A program made the translations under genes and the position numbers. Shown here one piece after another: positions 8,948 through 18,933 of a stretch of 64,000 nt of DNA; positions within the stretch are counted from its first letter, which is position 1, and each line of letters opens with the position of its first letter. Source of the DNA: Chitinophagales bacterium (GTDB lineage: Bacteria; Bacteroidota; Bacteroidia; Chitinophagales; UBA8649); assembly GCA_020635995.1 (NCBI GenBank), contig JACJYS010000009.1, positions 3,738 through 67,737 on the forward strand. Reading direction: 5' to 3'. The notes beneath the pieces are model-generated. The model searched no databases, was not told the DNA's origin, and saw nothing but the letters and a program-made list of their open reading frames with translations.

Positions 8948-9970
8948 ATGAAAAAAGCAGTGTTAATATTAGTACTTTTAGTTTGTGTTTTGACTTGTAA
9001 ACAAGAGCAAAAAAAGTATCAAACAAATCTTGAAATAGAAACCATGGGTACGTGGGGTTCTATAAAACTTATTGATACTGTGGCAATTGATTCGGCAACT
9101 GTTTTAAATGAAATAAACCAACTGCTAATAGATGTAAACAATAATTTTAGCACTTACATAGATACCTCATTAATTTCTAAATTTAATAGCTCAGATACGG
9201 GAATGGTAAAAGTAAATGCTGAATTTATTAAACTATTAAATAGCTCAATGGAATATATGAATAAAAGTAATGATGCTTTTAATCCTAAAGTAATGCCTTT
9301 GGTGCTTTATTATGGTTTTGCTAAAGATAATGGACATATTCAAATAGATAGTAGTTATATAGATTCTTTAGTACATGAAATAAATGGCGATTTGAGCGAA
9401 GAAGTAGTTATTGACGAAGAAAATGAAGAAATTAAAAAACTAAAAAATATTCAATTAGATTTTTCAGCTTTTGCTAAAGGCTATGGTGTAGATGCGGTTG
9501 CAGAATATTTATTAAGCAAAGGATATTCTAATTTTATGGTTGAAATAGGTGGAGAAGTGCGAACGCACGGCAAAAAAGCAGACGGACAAGCTTGGCGACT
9601 AGGAATAGAAAAACCGGATGAAGAGAGCAGAAGTATTTTTACGGTTATAGAGCTTAATAATAATGCAATGGCTACCTCCGGAAACTATAGAAATATAAGA
9701 ATACTGGAAGACGGAAGCAAAATAGTGCACACTATAAACCCTAAAACGGGTTATTCTAAAATGTCTAATTTGCTAAGTGCCACCATTATAGCAGATAATT
9801 GTATGACTGCCGATGCGTATGCTACAGCATGTATGGTTATGGGTGTAGATTCTTGCTTTAATTTTGTATTGAAGCATAAAGAGTTAGAATGTTATTTAAT
9901 ATATGCCGATAGTAATGGAAATTTAGAATTTAAAGCAACAGATAAAGTAGTGGAAATGATAGTTGAGTAA
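8948..9970 (+). CDS. apbE: ApbE-family FAD:protein FMN transferase, lipoprotein
   Basis: MKKAVLILVLLVCVLTC lipobox, then FSAFAKGYGVDAV, MATSGNYRN and HTINPKTG motifs. ATG at 8948 is preferred over the track start at 8909, which overlaps cls. Confidence 0.85.
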   Translation: MKKAVLILVLLVCVLTCKQEQKKYQTNLEIETMGTWGSIKLIDTVAIDSATVLNEINQLLIDVNNNFSTYIDTSLISKFNSSDTGMVKVNAEFIKLLNSSMEYMNKSNDAFNPKVMPLVLYYGFAKDNGHIQIDSSYIDSLVHEINGDLSEEVVIDEENEEIKKLKNIQLDFSAFAKGYGVDAVAEYLLSKGYSNFMVEIGGEVRTHGKKADGQAWRLGIEKPDEESRSIFTVIELNNNAMATSGNYRNIRILEDGSKIVHTINPKTGYSKMSNLLSATIIADNCMTADAYATACMVMGVDSCFNFVLKHKELECYLIYADSNGNLEFKATDKVVEMIVE

Positions 9971-10080
9971 TTTTTGGTACTTATAACTCTGCCTTAACGA
10001 TATTAAATTTTAATAAAAATGCAACTCTCCATATAATTGGTTCAAAAATTGTAATAATTTAGCCAAATAAATAAAACACC

Positions 10081-12741
10081 ATGTTTAAAAAAATATTAAT
10101 TGGCTTCCTTATTTTCTTTGTACTTTTAATTGGAGCTGTAGTGGCTATTCCTTTTGTGTTTAAAGACCAAATTAATGCCAAAATAAAAGAACAAATAAAC
10201 AAAGAACTAAAAGCTGATGTTGACTATACTTCTTACGATTTAAGCATCATAAAAAGTTTTCCCGACCTATATTTTACCCTAAATGACTTAACCGTGGTGG
10301 GTAGAAATGATTTTGCAGGCGATACTTTGGCTAATGTAAAACAAATTGGTTTTGGTTTAGACCTTATGAAATTAATTAAAAAAGAAGGTTTAGAAATGAA
10401 AACTATTCATTTAGAAAAACCTCAAATATTGGCTTACAGTATGATTACCTCCACGGGAGATACCATTGCTAATTACGATATTTTGCCTACAAGTGAGGAA
10501 AAAGCAGAGCAAGACGACACTACAAGTTTAATAGACATTAATGTTAATGAACTTACTGTATCGGAAGGGAAACTCTTTTATAAAGATTTTGTGGCTCAAA
10601 ATGAAATTTTGATTAATAATTTAAACTTAACGGCAAAAGCAGACTATATAAAGGATGTAGCAGATGTAGAAACAAAACTAACCATAGACGAATTAAGTTT
10701 TTTAAGTGGAACTACGCAATACCTTAACAAAGCTAAAATAGATGCTTTTATGGATGTAGAAGCCGATTTACCTAACAATACTTACACTTTAAAAGATAAT
10801 GAGCTAACTATTAATGCATTAAAGCTATATGCTAATGGAAATGTTAGTTTGCCTGATGAAAATACAACTTCGGTAGATTTAAAATTCTCGGCAGATAAAA
10901 GTAATTTTAAAGAATTGTTGTCTTTAATTCCGGCTGAATATTTAAAAGACTACCAAAACTTAAAGGCTGACGGGAATTTCACTTTTAATGGTTTTGCTAA
11001 AGGAAATATTACCGAAACGGAAACACCCGCATTTGATTTGAATTTAAGTATAGAAAATGGGAAAATTCAATATCCCGATTTGCCTTCTGCTATTGAAAAC
11101 ATAAACCTAAGTGCTAATGTAAGCAATAAAACAGCTAATTTAGATAATACCAATGTAAATGTGCCAAATGCAAAATTTAATGTAGTGGGGCAGCCTATAC
11201 AAATGAGGTTAAACGCTCAGCATGTTTTAGCAGATCCTTATGTAGATTTGGCAGTAAAAGGAAGTTTACCTTTAGAAAAAGTACCTGATTTTTATCCTTT
11301 AGAAGATGTGAAAACTATAAAAGGAAATGTAGATGCCGATATTACTTTTAAAGGATTGTTAAGTGCCGTAGAGCAAGAAAAATATGAAGATGTAGATTTT
11401 ACAGGTTTATTGGATATAAAAGGTTTGCAATACGAAGCCAAAGATTTGCCTTCGGCTGTTAATGCAGATGAAATTCATTTGAATTTTACCCCAAAATATG
11501 CCGATTTTACCGCTAAAAATACCGTATTAGGAGCTTCTGATTTTAATATTACCGGAAAACTTGAAAATATTATTAATTATGTATTGTCAGACGGTTTACT
11601 TACCGCAAACTTAGATGTTGTTTCTAATAAAATAAATGTAGATGAGTTATTAGGAAGCACTACAGAAGAAACTACAGAAACTGCCGGCACAGAAGCGGAA
11701 AGTGGAGCTACAAAAGTGCCCGCAAATTTAGACGTAGTAGCCAGTTTGAAAGCCAATCAAATAGACTATGATAATATAGAAATGAAAAATGTGAACGGTA
11801 GCTTATTAATGAAAGACGAGAAGCTGACTTTAAATAATTTGAATGCTAATTTAATGGGCGGAACGGCTAAAATATCTGGTGCTTATGACACTAAAAACAC
11901 CAATAAACCAAAATTAGATTTAGATTGGGATATTAATAATTTTGATATTCAGCAAACATTTAATCAGTTCAATTCTGTAAAAGCTTTAGTTCCTTTAAGT
12001 AAATTTTTAACAGGTAAGTTTAGTACAAATATGGATTTAAACACCATGTTAAATGAAGATATGAGTTTAGATTTAACTGCTTTGTCCGGATTAGGTAAAG
12101 TAACTATTCCTTATGCCACTTTTGCAGATATGCCACTAATGAATCAAATAAGTGATGTAACAAAAGTTCCTTTTTTAAAAAATCCAGAGCTTAAAAACGC
12201 TTGGACAGTTTTGAAATTTAGAGAGGGTAGAGTAGATGTAGAACCTTTTGATGTAAAAATGCAAGATATTTTAATGAATATACAAGGAAGCAATGGTTTT
12301 GACCAAAGTATAGATTATACCATAGCACTTACTGTTCCTTCCGATAAGTTTGGAGGTGCGGCAACTATGGCAAACCAATTTTTGGCCAAACAAAATATTC
12401 CATTGTTAAATTTAAGTGTTCCTAAAAGTTTAACTTTCCATTTGGGTGTGGTAGGAGATGTTACCAAGCCAAAAGTTACAATAAAAAAAGTAACTGCTGA
12501 AGATGGCGATAAAGCACTACAAGACCAAATAAAAGAAAGCATACAAAACGAACTAGATAAAGCTAAGGATCAAGCTAAAGAACAGGCTCAAAAAGAACTG
12601 GACAAGGCAAAAGAGCAAGCACAGCAAGAAGTAGATAAAGCCAAAGAGCAAGTGAAAGAAAACGTGCAAAATGAGGTAGATAAAGCTAAAGAACAAGTAA
12701 AAGACCGTATTAATAAAGGTCTTGGTGGGTTTGGTTGGTAA
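10081..12741 (+). CDS. AsmA-like outer-membrane assembly family protein with a C-terminal DKAKEQ coiled-coil tail
   Basis: N-terminal TM anchor and a long beta-rich body typical of AsmA-like proteins of Bacteroidota. The C-terminus has five (E/V)xDKAKEQ repeats. Confidence 0.65.
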   Translation: MFKKILIGFLIFFVLLIGAVVAIPFVFKDQINAKIKEQINKELKADVDYTSYDLSIIKSFPDLYFTLNDLTVVGRNDFAGDTLANVKQIGFGLDLMKLIKKEGLEMKTIHLEKPQILAYSMITSTGDTIANYDILPTSEEKAEQDDTTSLIDINVNELTVSEGKLFYKDFVAQNEILINNLNLTAKADYIKDVADVETKLTIDELSFLSGTTQYLNKAKIDAFMDVEADLPNNTYTLKDNELTINALKLYANGNVSLPDENTTSVDLKFSADKSNFKELLSLIPAEYLKDYQNLKADGNFTFNGFAKGNITETETPAFDLNLSIENGKIQYPDLPSAIENINLSANVSNKTANLDNTNVNVPNAKFNVVGQPIQMRLNAQHVLADPYVDLAVKGSLPLEKVPDFYPLEDVKTIKGNVDADITFKGLLSAVEQEKYEDVDFTGLLDIKGLQYEAKDLPSAVNADEIHLNFTPKYADFTAKNTVLGASDFNITGKLENIINYVLSDGLLTANLDVVSNKINVDELLGSTTEETTETAGTEAESGATKVPANLDVVASLKANQIDYDNIEMKNVNGSLLMKDEKLTLNNLNANLMGGTAKISGAYDTKNTNKPKLDLDWDINNFDIQQTFNQFNSVKALVPLSKFLTGKFSTNMDLNTMLNEDMSLDLTALSGLGKVTIPYATFADMPLMNQISDVTKVPFLKNPELKNAWTVLKFREGRVDVEPFDVKMQDILMNIQGSNGFDQSIDYTIALTVPSDKFGGAATMANQFLAKQNIPLLNLSVPKSLTFHLGVVGDVTKPKVTIKKVTAEDGDKALQDQIKESIQNELDKAKDQAKEQAQKELDKAKEQAQQEVDKAKEQVKENVQNEVDKAKEQVKDRINKGLGGFGW

Positions 12742-12757
12742 TGACTATCATTTACAA

Positions 12758-13330
12758 TCAACCTATTGCTTTCAATAGAGTATCTTCTACTATTATTAAC
12801 AATTTATCGGGAGTATATTTTCGCCAGTGTATTTCATCTAATATTTTATTGTGATGCAAATACATCAATATTTCTGTTTCTTGCATTTCTCTTAATACGT
12901 GTTCATTAAAGTTGAGCAGAGCTATCCAGCCACCTTCATCTATTATGTCGTCATACCATTCAACGTAATAATCGTTTTCTTCAGCATGAAAATTTAATAC
13001 ATTTTCGCCAATCAAAATAAACCTATAAATTCCTTCGGCTATTAGTTTGTCAATAACATCTCGCTTTAAAAACATAATATCATTATGTATGCTGTCGTTC
13101 CATTCGCCTATCATTTCTATTACGCAATAGCCTTCGTCATAATCGGCAAAAAGTATTTTTATAAAGAGGGTAGGCGAGCTTATATCGTCCCACTGTGGAT
13201 GTATAATGTGGTTGTATATAGCGTGCGTATATTCAAATTCAGAGTATTCTCTACCATAAAAAGGCGAACGTTCATCTTCTTCTGCCAAGTATAAATCTCT
13301 CCATTTCCAATATGGTTCTATGTTGTGCAT
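12758..13330 (-). CDS. Hypothetical cytoplasmic protein (acidic, Trp/Tyr-rich)
   Basis: Clean 190-aa ORF with no recognisable motif. Confidence 0.55.
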   Translation of the reverse strand: MHNIEPYWKWRDLYLAEEDERSPFYGREYSEFEYTHAIYNHIIHPQWDDISSPTLFIKILFADYDEGYCVIEMIGEWNDSIHNDIMFLKRDVIDKLIAEGIYRFILIGENVLNFHAEENDYYVEWYDDIIDEGGWIALLNFNEHVLREMQETEILMYLHHNKILDEIHWRKYTPDKLLIIVEDTLLKAIG

Positions 13331-13431
13331 CTATTTAATTATTAATTTTTTAATTACAAATTTATTTTTATTGCTTTTTTTGAATACTGCCTATTATTTT
13401 TTAAGAATTCCTCTATTTAATTAAGAATTTT

Positions 13432-14256
13432 TCATTTATAATTCCTAATTCTCTCTATCGCTTTCTTCACACTATTTGTTTGTTTTAAAGTTTTTTCGGC
13501 AGTTTCAAAACTACACTTAGTAGCATCTTGCACCATTTTTATGCCTCTTGCCACCAGTTTATCATTGCTTAGTTGCATATTTACCATTTTATTGCCTTCT
13601 ATTCGCCCCAGCTTAACCATAATGCTGGTACTTATCATATTTAGTATCAGTTTTTGAGCCGTACCGGCTTTCATTCTGGTACTTCCTGTTACAAATTCTG
13701 GCCCCACAACGCATTCAATAGCCATTTGTGCTGTTTTAGCTAACACAGAATTTTCATTGCACACTATACAAGCATTGTTTACATTGTTTTCATTGCATTT
13801 TTCTAATCCACCTACTACATAAGGCGTAGTACCCGATGCGGCTATACCTATCACAAAATCATTTTCAGATATCTTGTGTTCTTTTAAATCTTTCCAAGCC
13901 TGAGCAGTATCATCTTCGGCAAACTCTACCGCTTTTCTTATAGCTTTATCTCCTCCGGAAATTAAACCGACTACTAAACTATGAGAAACGCCAAAAGTGG
14001 GTGGACATTCGCTGGCATCTACAATGCCCAATCTGCCACTGGTGCCGGCTCCTATATAAAAAAGTCTTCCGCCTGCTAACATTTTATCCGCAACGGCATC
14101 TGCCACTTTTTCTATTTGAGGTATGCATTTTTCTACTGCTAAAGCCACTTTTTTATCTTCATTATTAATGTTGTAAAGAAGTTCAGCGGTTGTCATTTTA
14201 TCAATATCATTGTAAAGCGATTCTTTTTCTGTAGTTTTCATGAGTACAAATTTCAT
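13432..14256 (-). CDS. murQ: N-acetylmuramic acid 6-phosphate etherase
   Basis: SIS domain with GAGTSGRLGIVDASECPPTFG and TGSTRMKAGTAQK. Confidence 0.9.
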   Translation of the reverse strand: MKFVLMKTTEKESLYNDIDKMTTAELLYNINNEDKKVALAVEKCIPQIEKVADAVADKMLAGGRLFYIGAGTSGRLGIVDASECPPTFGVSHSLVVGLISGGDKAIRKAVEFAEDDTAQAWKDLKEHKISENDFVIGIAASGTTPYVVGGLEKCNENNVNNACIVCNENSVLAKTAQMAIECVVGPEFVTGSTRMKAGTAQKLILNMISTSIMVKLGRIEGNKMVNMQLSNDKLVARGIKMVQDATKCSFETAEKTLKQTNSVKKAIERIRNYK

Positions 14257-14286
14257 AGATTTTCTTTAATGAATAAAGTAATGTCT

Positions 14287-14294
14287 TATTTTTG
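14287..14294 (+). promoter_or_regulatory. Candidate -7 box TATTTTTG upstream of the rhodanese gene
   Basis: Matches TAnnTTTG, 22 nt upstream of the ATG at 14316. Confidence 0.4.
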
Positions 14295-14315
14295 TATGAA
14301 TAAATTATTATAAAA

Positions 14316-14726
14316 ATGAAAAAATTAGGTTTTATTGCTCTGTTATTTTTAGTTTTTGTTTCGTGCAAAACACAAAATAACAAAGTTGAAAATAAAGAAG
14401 TAAAAACGGAAGTAGTAACTGAAGAAGTAATTAGCAAAGTAGTAAGTCAAGATGAATTTAAGCAGTTGATGAGTAGCTTGCCCAACTATCAATTAATAGA
14501 TGTTAGAACTCCGGAAGAAATAGCCGAAGGAAAAATAGACGGAGCTTTAGAAATGAATTTTTACGATAGTAATTTTAAAGAGCAATTGGCTCAATTAGAC
14601 AAAGAAAAACCTGTTTTAGTATATTGTAGAAGTGGCAATAGAAGCGGTAAGGCGGCTAAATTAATGAACGAAATGGGCTTTAAACAAGTTTATGATTTAA
14701 TAGGCGGATACAGCGAATGGAAATAA
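14316..14726 (+). CDS. Rhodanese-domain lipoprotein
   Basis: FVSC lipobox and the active-site loop CRSGNRSGKAA. Confidence 0.85.
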   Translation: MKKLGFIALLFLVFVSCKTQNNKVENKEVKTEVVTEEVISKVVSQDEFKQLMSSLPNYQLIDVRTPEEIAEGKIDGALEMNFYDSNFKEQLAQLDKEKPVLVYCRSGNRSGKAAKLMNEMGFKQVYDLIGGYSEWK

Positions 14727-14775
14727 TCATTTGCAGATAATTTGTCTATAAATCTGAAATTTAAAAATCTAAAAA

Positions 14776-15621
14776 ATGATACATTTAGTTGAGTGTCCAA
14801 GAGATGCCATGCAAGGAATAAAACAGTTTATTCCTACAGAATTAAAAGCAAAATATATAAATGCATTGCTTAAGGTGGGCTATCATACTATAGATTTTGG
14901 AAGTTTTGTATCGCCTAAAGCCATACCTCAAATGGCAGATACAAAGGAGGTGCTTAAGCTTTTAGATTTATCTTCAACACCATCTAAATTATTGGCAATA
15001 GTAGCTAATGAAAGAGGAGCTAAAGATGCCGCACAGTTTGAAGAAGTTTCTTACATTGGCTATCCTTTTTCTATTTCTGAAACTTTTCAGCTTAGAAATA
15101 CCAATTCTACAATAGAAGAATCTTTTGAGAGAGTAAAAAACATTCAAGATATATGCTTGAGAAATAACAAAACATTAGTTGTGTATATTTCAATGGGATT
15201 TGGAAACCCTTATGGCGACCCGTACAATAAAGAAATAGTGGTTAAGTGGATAGAAAAGTTAAGTAAGTTAGATGTAAAAATTATTTCGCTTTCCGATACT
15301 GTTGGTTTAGCTCAAGCCAGCACTATTGCGTATTTGTTTGATAATTTAGAGCCTACATTTCCTAAAATAGAGTTTGGAGCACATTTGCACACCGCTCCAC
15401 ACAATTGGCGAGAAAAAATAGATACCGCTTTTGAGCATGGTTGTCGCAGATTTGATACAGCCATATTTGGCTATGGTGGTTGCCCTATGGCAAAAGACGA
15501 TTTAATAGGCAATATGGCGACAGAGCATTTTGTTAATTATTTTGGCGTAAAAACTATAGGCAACAATTTTAATATTGAAGCTTTTGAAAATGCTATGAGA
15601 ATAGCTAAAGAAGTATTTTAA
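14776..15621 (+). CDS. Hydroxymethylglutaryl-CoA lyase-like (HMGL family) protein
   Basis: N-terminal ECPRDAMQG and a TIM-barrel HMGL-like pattern including LSDTVG and HLHTAP. Confidence 0.8.
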   Translation: MIHLVECPRDAMQGIKQFIPTELKAKYINALLKVGYHTIDFGSFVSPKAIPQMADTKEVLKLLDLSSTPSKLLAIVANERGAKDAAQFEEVSYIGYPFSISETFQLRNTNSTIEESFERVKNIQDICLRNNKTLVVYISMGFGNPYGDPYNKEIVVKWIEKLSKLDVKIISLSDTVGLAQASTIAYLFDNLEPTFPKIEFGAHLHTAPHNWREKIDTAFEHGCRRFDTAIFGYGGCPMAKDDLIGNMATEHFVNYFGVKTIGNNFNIEAFENAMRIAKEVF

Positions 15622-15622
15622 A

Positions 15623-16672
15623 ATGGACATACAAAAAAACACTTATGCACTTATTAGTTTTATACTAATTATTGTTATTCTGTACTTTGGAAAAAGTATT
15701 TTAACACCAATAGTTGGAGCATTTTTAGCATGGTTTATTATTAAAGAAATGCTTTATTATATAGATAAAATAAGGTTTGGCAAAGTTAAAATACCCCGTT
15801 TTATACAAATAACTTTAGCATTTGCTATTGTGTTTTTTGCTTTGTTTTTTATAGGTAATATTTTAGGTCATAATGCGGAAAGCATACAAAGAAATTTACC
15901 TAAATATCAGCAAAACTTAAATGAAATATTAGCCAATAATTCTTTGCTACAACGCTTTAATATCAACGATTTTTTTCTGAAAAATATAGAAAAAATAAAT
16001 TTTGCAAGTTTGGTGGGTACGGCTATAAATTCATTGAGTAGTATGTTTAGCAGTGCAGTGCTTGTAGTGTTGTATTTAGTGTTTATTTTTTTAGAATCAA
16101 ACACTTTTAAGCAAAAAATAGATGCCATATATTCTAATGCAGACGAACAGAGTAAAGTAGAAAATATTTTAAATACCATAGATTTTTCATTAAGTAAATA
16201 TTTGTCCTTAAAAACGCTGACAAGTGCATTAACGGGTGTTTTAAGTTTTATAGTATTGTCAATAATAGGTGTAGATTTTGCTGTTTTTTGGGCATTTTTA
16301 ATATTTCTGTTAAACTTTATTCCTAACATTGGTTCTATGATAGCCACAGCATTTCCTGCAATTATGGCTTTGGTACAATCGGGAAATTTAGTAATGCCAT
16401 TAGTAGTGCTTTTAGGAGTGGGAGCAGTTCAGCTATTGGTGGGCAATTTTATAGAACCACGTTTAATGGGAAACTCATTAAATGTAAGTCCACTTGTGGT
16501 ATTAATAGCCTTAGTTTTTTGGGGCTGGCTTTGGGGAATTTTTGGTATGATAATGAGTGTGCCTATTACCAATATGATAATAATAGTGTGTGCACAGTTT
16601 AAAGAAACCAAATGGATAGCCGTGCTATTGTCTTCCGATGGAAACTTGCCTAAAAGTAAGAAGCGAACATGA
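15623..16672 (+). CDS. AI-2E family transporter (PerM/UPF0118)
   Basis: Eight-TM pattern with FIPNIGSMIA and GNFIEPRLMG motifs. Confidence 0.85.
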   Translation: MDIQKNTYALISFILIIVILYFGKSILTPIVGAFLAWFIIKEMLYYIDKIRFGKVKIPRFIQITLAFAIVFFALFFIGNILGHNAESIQRNLPKYQQNLNEILANNSLLQRFNINDFFLKNIEKINFASLVGTAINSLSSMFSSAVLVVLYLVFIFLESNTFKQKIDAIYSNADEQSKVENILNTIDFSLSKYLSLKTLTSALTGVLSFIVLSIIGVDFAVFWAFLIFLLNFIPNIGSMIATAFPAIMALVQSGNLVMPLVVLLGVGAVQLLVGNFIEPRLMGNSLNVSPLVVLIALVFWGWLWGIFGMIMSVPITNMIIIVCAQFKETKWIAVLLSSDGNLPKSKKRT

Positions 16673-16692
16673 AATGTGTAAAAATAAAAAAA

Positions 16693-16738
16693 TGTCATCC
16701 TGCAACTTGCCTGCCTATTGGCTGGAGGCAGGAATCTT
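16693..16738. repeat. Hairpin REP-like element (GAGAT...ATGACG family, minus orientation)
   Basis: TGTCATCCTGC...GCAGGAATCTT with an inner GCCTGCC/GGCAGG palindrome. Related copies lie at 27063-27089, 27216-27240 and 29738-29791. Confidence 0.5.
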
Positions 16739-16772
16739 ATGTTTAAATAAACAGATAGCTATATTGTAGATT

Positions 16773-17237
16773 ATGAAATACAGACGATTAACACCACAGG
16801 AATTAGAACCTTTAAAAGAGGAGTTTTTAAAATATTTATTAGTAGCCAATATTACTCCCGAAGCGTGGGAAGAACTTAAAAAGCAAGATAATTTACAGGC
16901 AGAAAAACACATAGATACTTTTAGCGATTTAGTGTTTGATAAAATACTAAAGGACATCACATTTGTAGATGTAATAAACGAAAATAGGATAGAAACATAT
17001 CAGTTTTTAAAAGAAAAAGCCTTGGTTTATATTGTAGAAAACAAAGAGCAAGGTACTCAAAACCTTAAAGAATTGGAATGGAGTAAATTGAATATAGAAT
17101 CTGTAGAAATAAGTAAAGGCGAAAAAAACATAAAAGAAAACCGAGAAGCAGAAGTTTTTAGAACGCTACAAAAAGAGAATGCCACTATTAGTATGGGAGA
17201 AATTTTTAAGAGAGTGGTTTTGATGTTGGTTGGGTAA
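16773..17237 (+). CDS. Conserved hypothetical protein
   Basis: 154-aa ORF starting MKYRRLTPQELEPLKEEFLKYL. No catalytic motif recognised. Confidence 0.55.
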   Translation: MKYRRLTPQELEPLKEEFLKYLLVANITPEAWEELKKQDNLQAEKHIDTFSDLVFDKILKDITFVDVINENRIETYQFLKEKALVYIVENKEQGTQNLKELEWSKLNIESVEISKGEKNIKENREAEVFRTLQKENATISMGEIFKRVVLMLVG

Positions 17238-17241
17238 TATT

Positions 17242-17898
17242 TTACTCAAACAGTGCACTTCCTACTCTTACTAAAGTGCTCCCTTCTTCAAGTGCTATTT
17301 TATAATCGCTACTCATACCCATGCTTAAGATGCTAAAATTATCTTCTTTAAGATATTCCTTTTTAAGCATTTCAAAAATACTTTTTAATTGCTCAAATTC
17401 TTTTCTAATTTGATTTTGATTGTCGGTAAAACTTGCCATGCCCATAATACCCCTAATCTTAATATTATCAATTTCTATGGTTTTTAAATCACTCATAAAA
17501 GCATCTATATTTTCTGGGGCAGTGCCATATTTACTTTCTTCTTGTGCCACATGAAATTGCAATAAACAATCAATGGTTTTATTTACCTTTTTGGCTTCTT
17601 TATTTATTTCTGAAAGTAAACGTATGCTATCCACAGAGTGAATTAACTTAACAAAAGGAACAATATATTTAACCTTATTTCTTTGTAAATGTCCTATGAG
17701 ATGCCATTGAATATTATTAGGTAAAAGTTCTTTTTTCTCTAATAAATCTTGAACCCTGTTTTCTGCAAAAACATGATAGCCAAGCTCGTAAAGTTCTGAC
17801 ACTTCCTCTATGCTTCTTTTTTTGGTAACAGCCACAAGCTGAGCATTATACCTTTTGCAAGTATTGTCTATTTCTTTTAAAGCTTGTTTGTTAACCAT
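17242..17898 (-). CDS. yggS: YggS-family pyridoxal-phosphate homeostasis protein
   Basis: VAVTKKRS, WHLIGHLQRNKVKY and LSMGMSSDY motifs. ATG at 17898 is preferred over the extended track start. Confidence 0.88.
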   Translation of the reverse strand: MVNKQALKEIDNTCKRYNAQLVAVTKKRSIEEVSELYELGYHVFAENRVQDLLEKKELLPNNIQWHLIGHLQRNKVKYIVPFVKLIHSVDSIRLLSEINKEAKKVNKTIDCLLQFHVAQEESKYGTAPENIDAFMSDLKTIEIDNIKIRGIMGMASFTDNQNQIRKEFEQLKSIFEMLKKEYLKEDNFSILSMGMSSDYKIALEEGSTLVRVGSALFE

Positions 17899-18305
17899 GT
17901 TTTTATTTTCTACTGCAAAAATAGGTATTAGTCTGAAACAATGGAAAAACAATTATTATCCGTAAAGATATTTATGAAGTATTTTACATTAACTTTTCTT
18001 TAGAAGAAAAGTTACAAAAGAATCGCACTAAGTTTTCAGCGACCCATTATAACCTCAACTCCTAAAAATCAAAAACTCATCACTCTGTTCTTCAAACAGT
18101 TTAATTTTTTACGGAGTTTTCGGTTAATGGGTGCCCCGCTTGCAAACTTAAGGTGCACTTTTTATCTGACCTTAATCAAAAATACGTTAAGAAATGATGT
18201 AAAACAGACATCCAAAATGAATGAAATTATAAAACAGTAAACAGACAAATTAGTATGCTTCTACAAATAAAAATACTTTAGGAAAAATGAAGTTGAGCAT
18301 ACATT

Positions 18306-18477
18306 AATTTGTCCTCGTCTGTTTTATAGCATTTTAGTGTTTTTGATTACAGTCTTGACCCCTGCCTGCCGGCAGGCAAGTTTGGTTACCTTTGTGTCAA
18401 GACAAAGGTAAAAAGAACATAAAATTACTTAAACGTCCCAAGATGCTATCTTAAAGCATAAATCATTGGTATAATAA
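18306..18477 (+). repeat. Intergenic repeat family B, copy 1 (172 bp)
   Basis: Aligns in the same orientation with 59673-59842. The two share a TTGGTTACCTTTGTGTCAAGACAAAGGTAAAAA hairpin and long conserved flanks. Copy 1 also carries a CCTGCCTGCCGGCAGGCAAG palindrome. Confidence 0.75.
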
Positions 18478-18579
18478 CGGATAGTCATTAGAAAAACTAT
18501 ATTTTACAGTTTTTCAAAATTGTGAAACTTTAAGTTACTATGTAATACTAATTTGTATTTATTCCTTAATTTTACGCTA

Positions 18580-18927
18580 ATGAAACACCGGATAATTTTT
18601 TTTTCATTTATTTTAATGGTGGCGTGCAAGGATAAACCTCAGCCGCCCGATAATTTAATTGGTAAAGAGGAAATGAAAGAAATTTTGATAGATATGGCTA
18701 TGTCTGATGTAGTTGTTGAGTTGAAAAAATTAGAAAATAACAAAGATATTTACAGCGAAAAATATGCATTGTTTAAGAGTATTTTAAATAAATATGATGT
18801 TGAAGAAAATCAGTTTAAAAACTCTTATAAATACTATCTTAATAATTTAGATTCGGCAAATGTAATGTACGACCAAATGATAGAAGAAATGAGTATTAGA
18901 GAAGCGGAATTAAATAATAAACCATAA
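18580..18927 (+). CDS. Small lipoprotein (DUF4296-like)
   Basis: MKHRIIFFSFILMVAC lipobox, taking the ATG at 18580. Confidence 0.6.
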   Translation: MKHRIIFFSFILMVACKDKPQPPDNLIGKEEMKEILIDMAMSDVVVELKKLENNKDIYSEKYALFKSILNKYDVEENQFKNSYKYYLNNLDSANVMYDQMIEEMSIREAELNNKP

Positions 18928-18933
18928 ACATAT

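Noticed and set aside
12540-12700. Tandem DKAKEQ-encoding repeats at the end of the AsmA-like gene considered as a DNA tandem repeat or contingency locus.
   Set aside because: The units are imperfect at the DNA level and maintain a heptad-like coiled-coil frame. This is ordinary low-complexity coding sequence.
15907-16347. 146-aa antisense ORF inside the AI-2E transporter gene. The same class includes 12315-12542, 13085-13294, 16429-16698, 16715-16960, 25539-25778, 26204-26386, 29031-29240, 37108-37383, 37759-37986, 41590-42280, 45050-45301, 52378-52971 and 62263-63024.
   Set aside because: They overlap well-supported genes on the opposite strand or in another frame. Their compositions are biased toward Phe, Ile, Lys and Ser, as expected from reverse-reading AT-rich codons.
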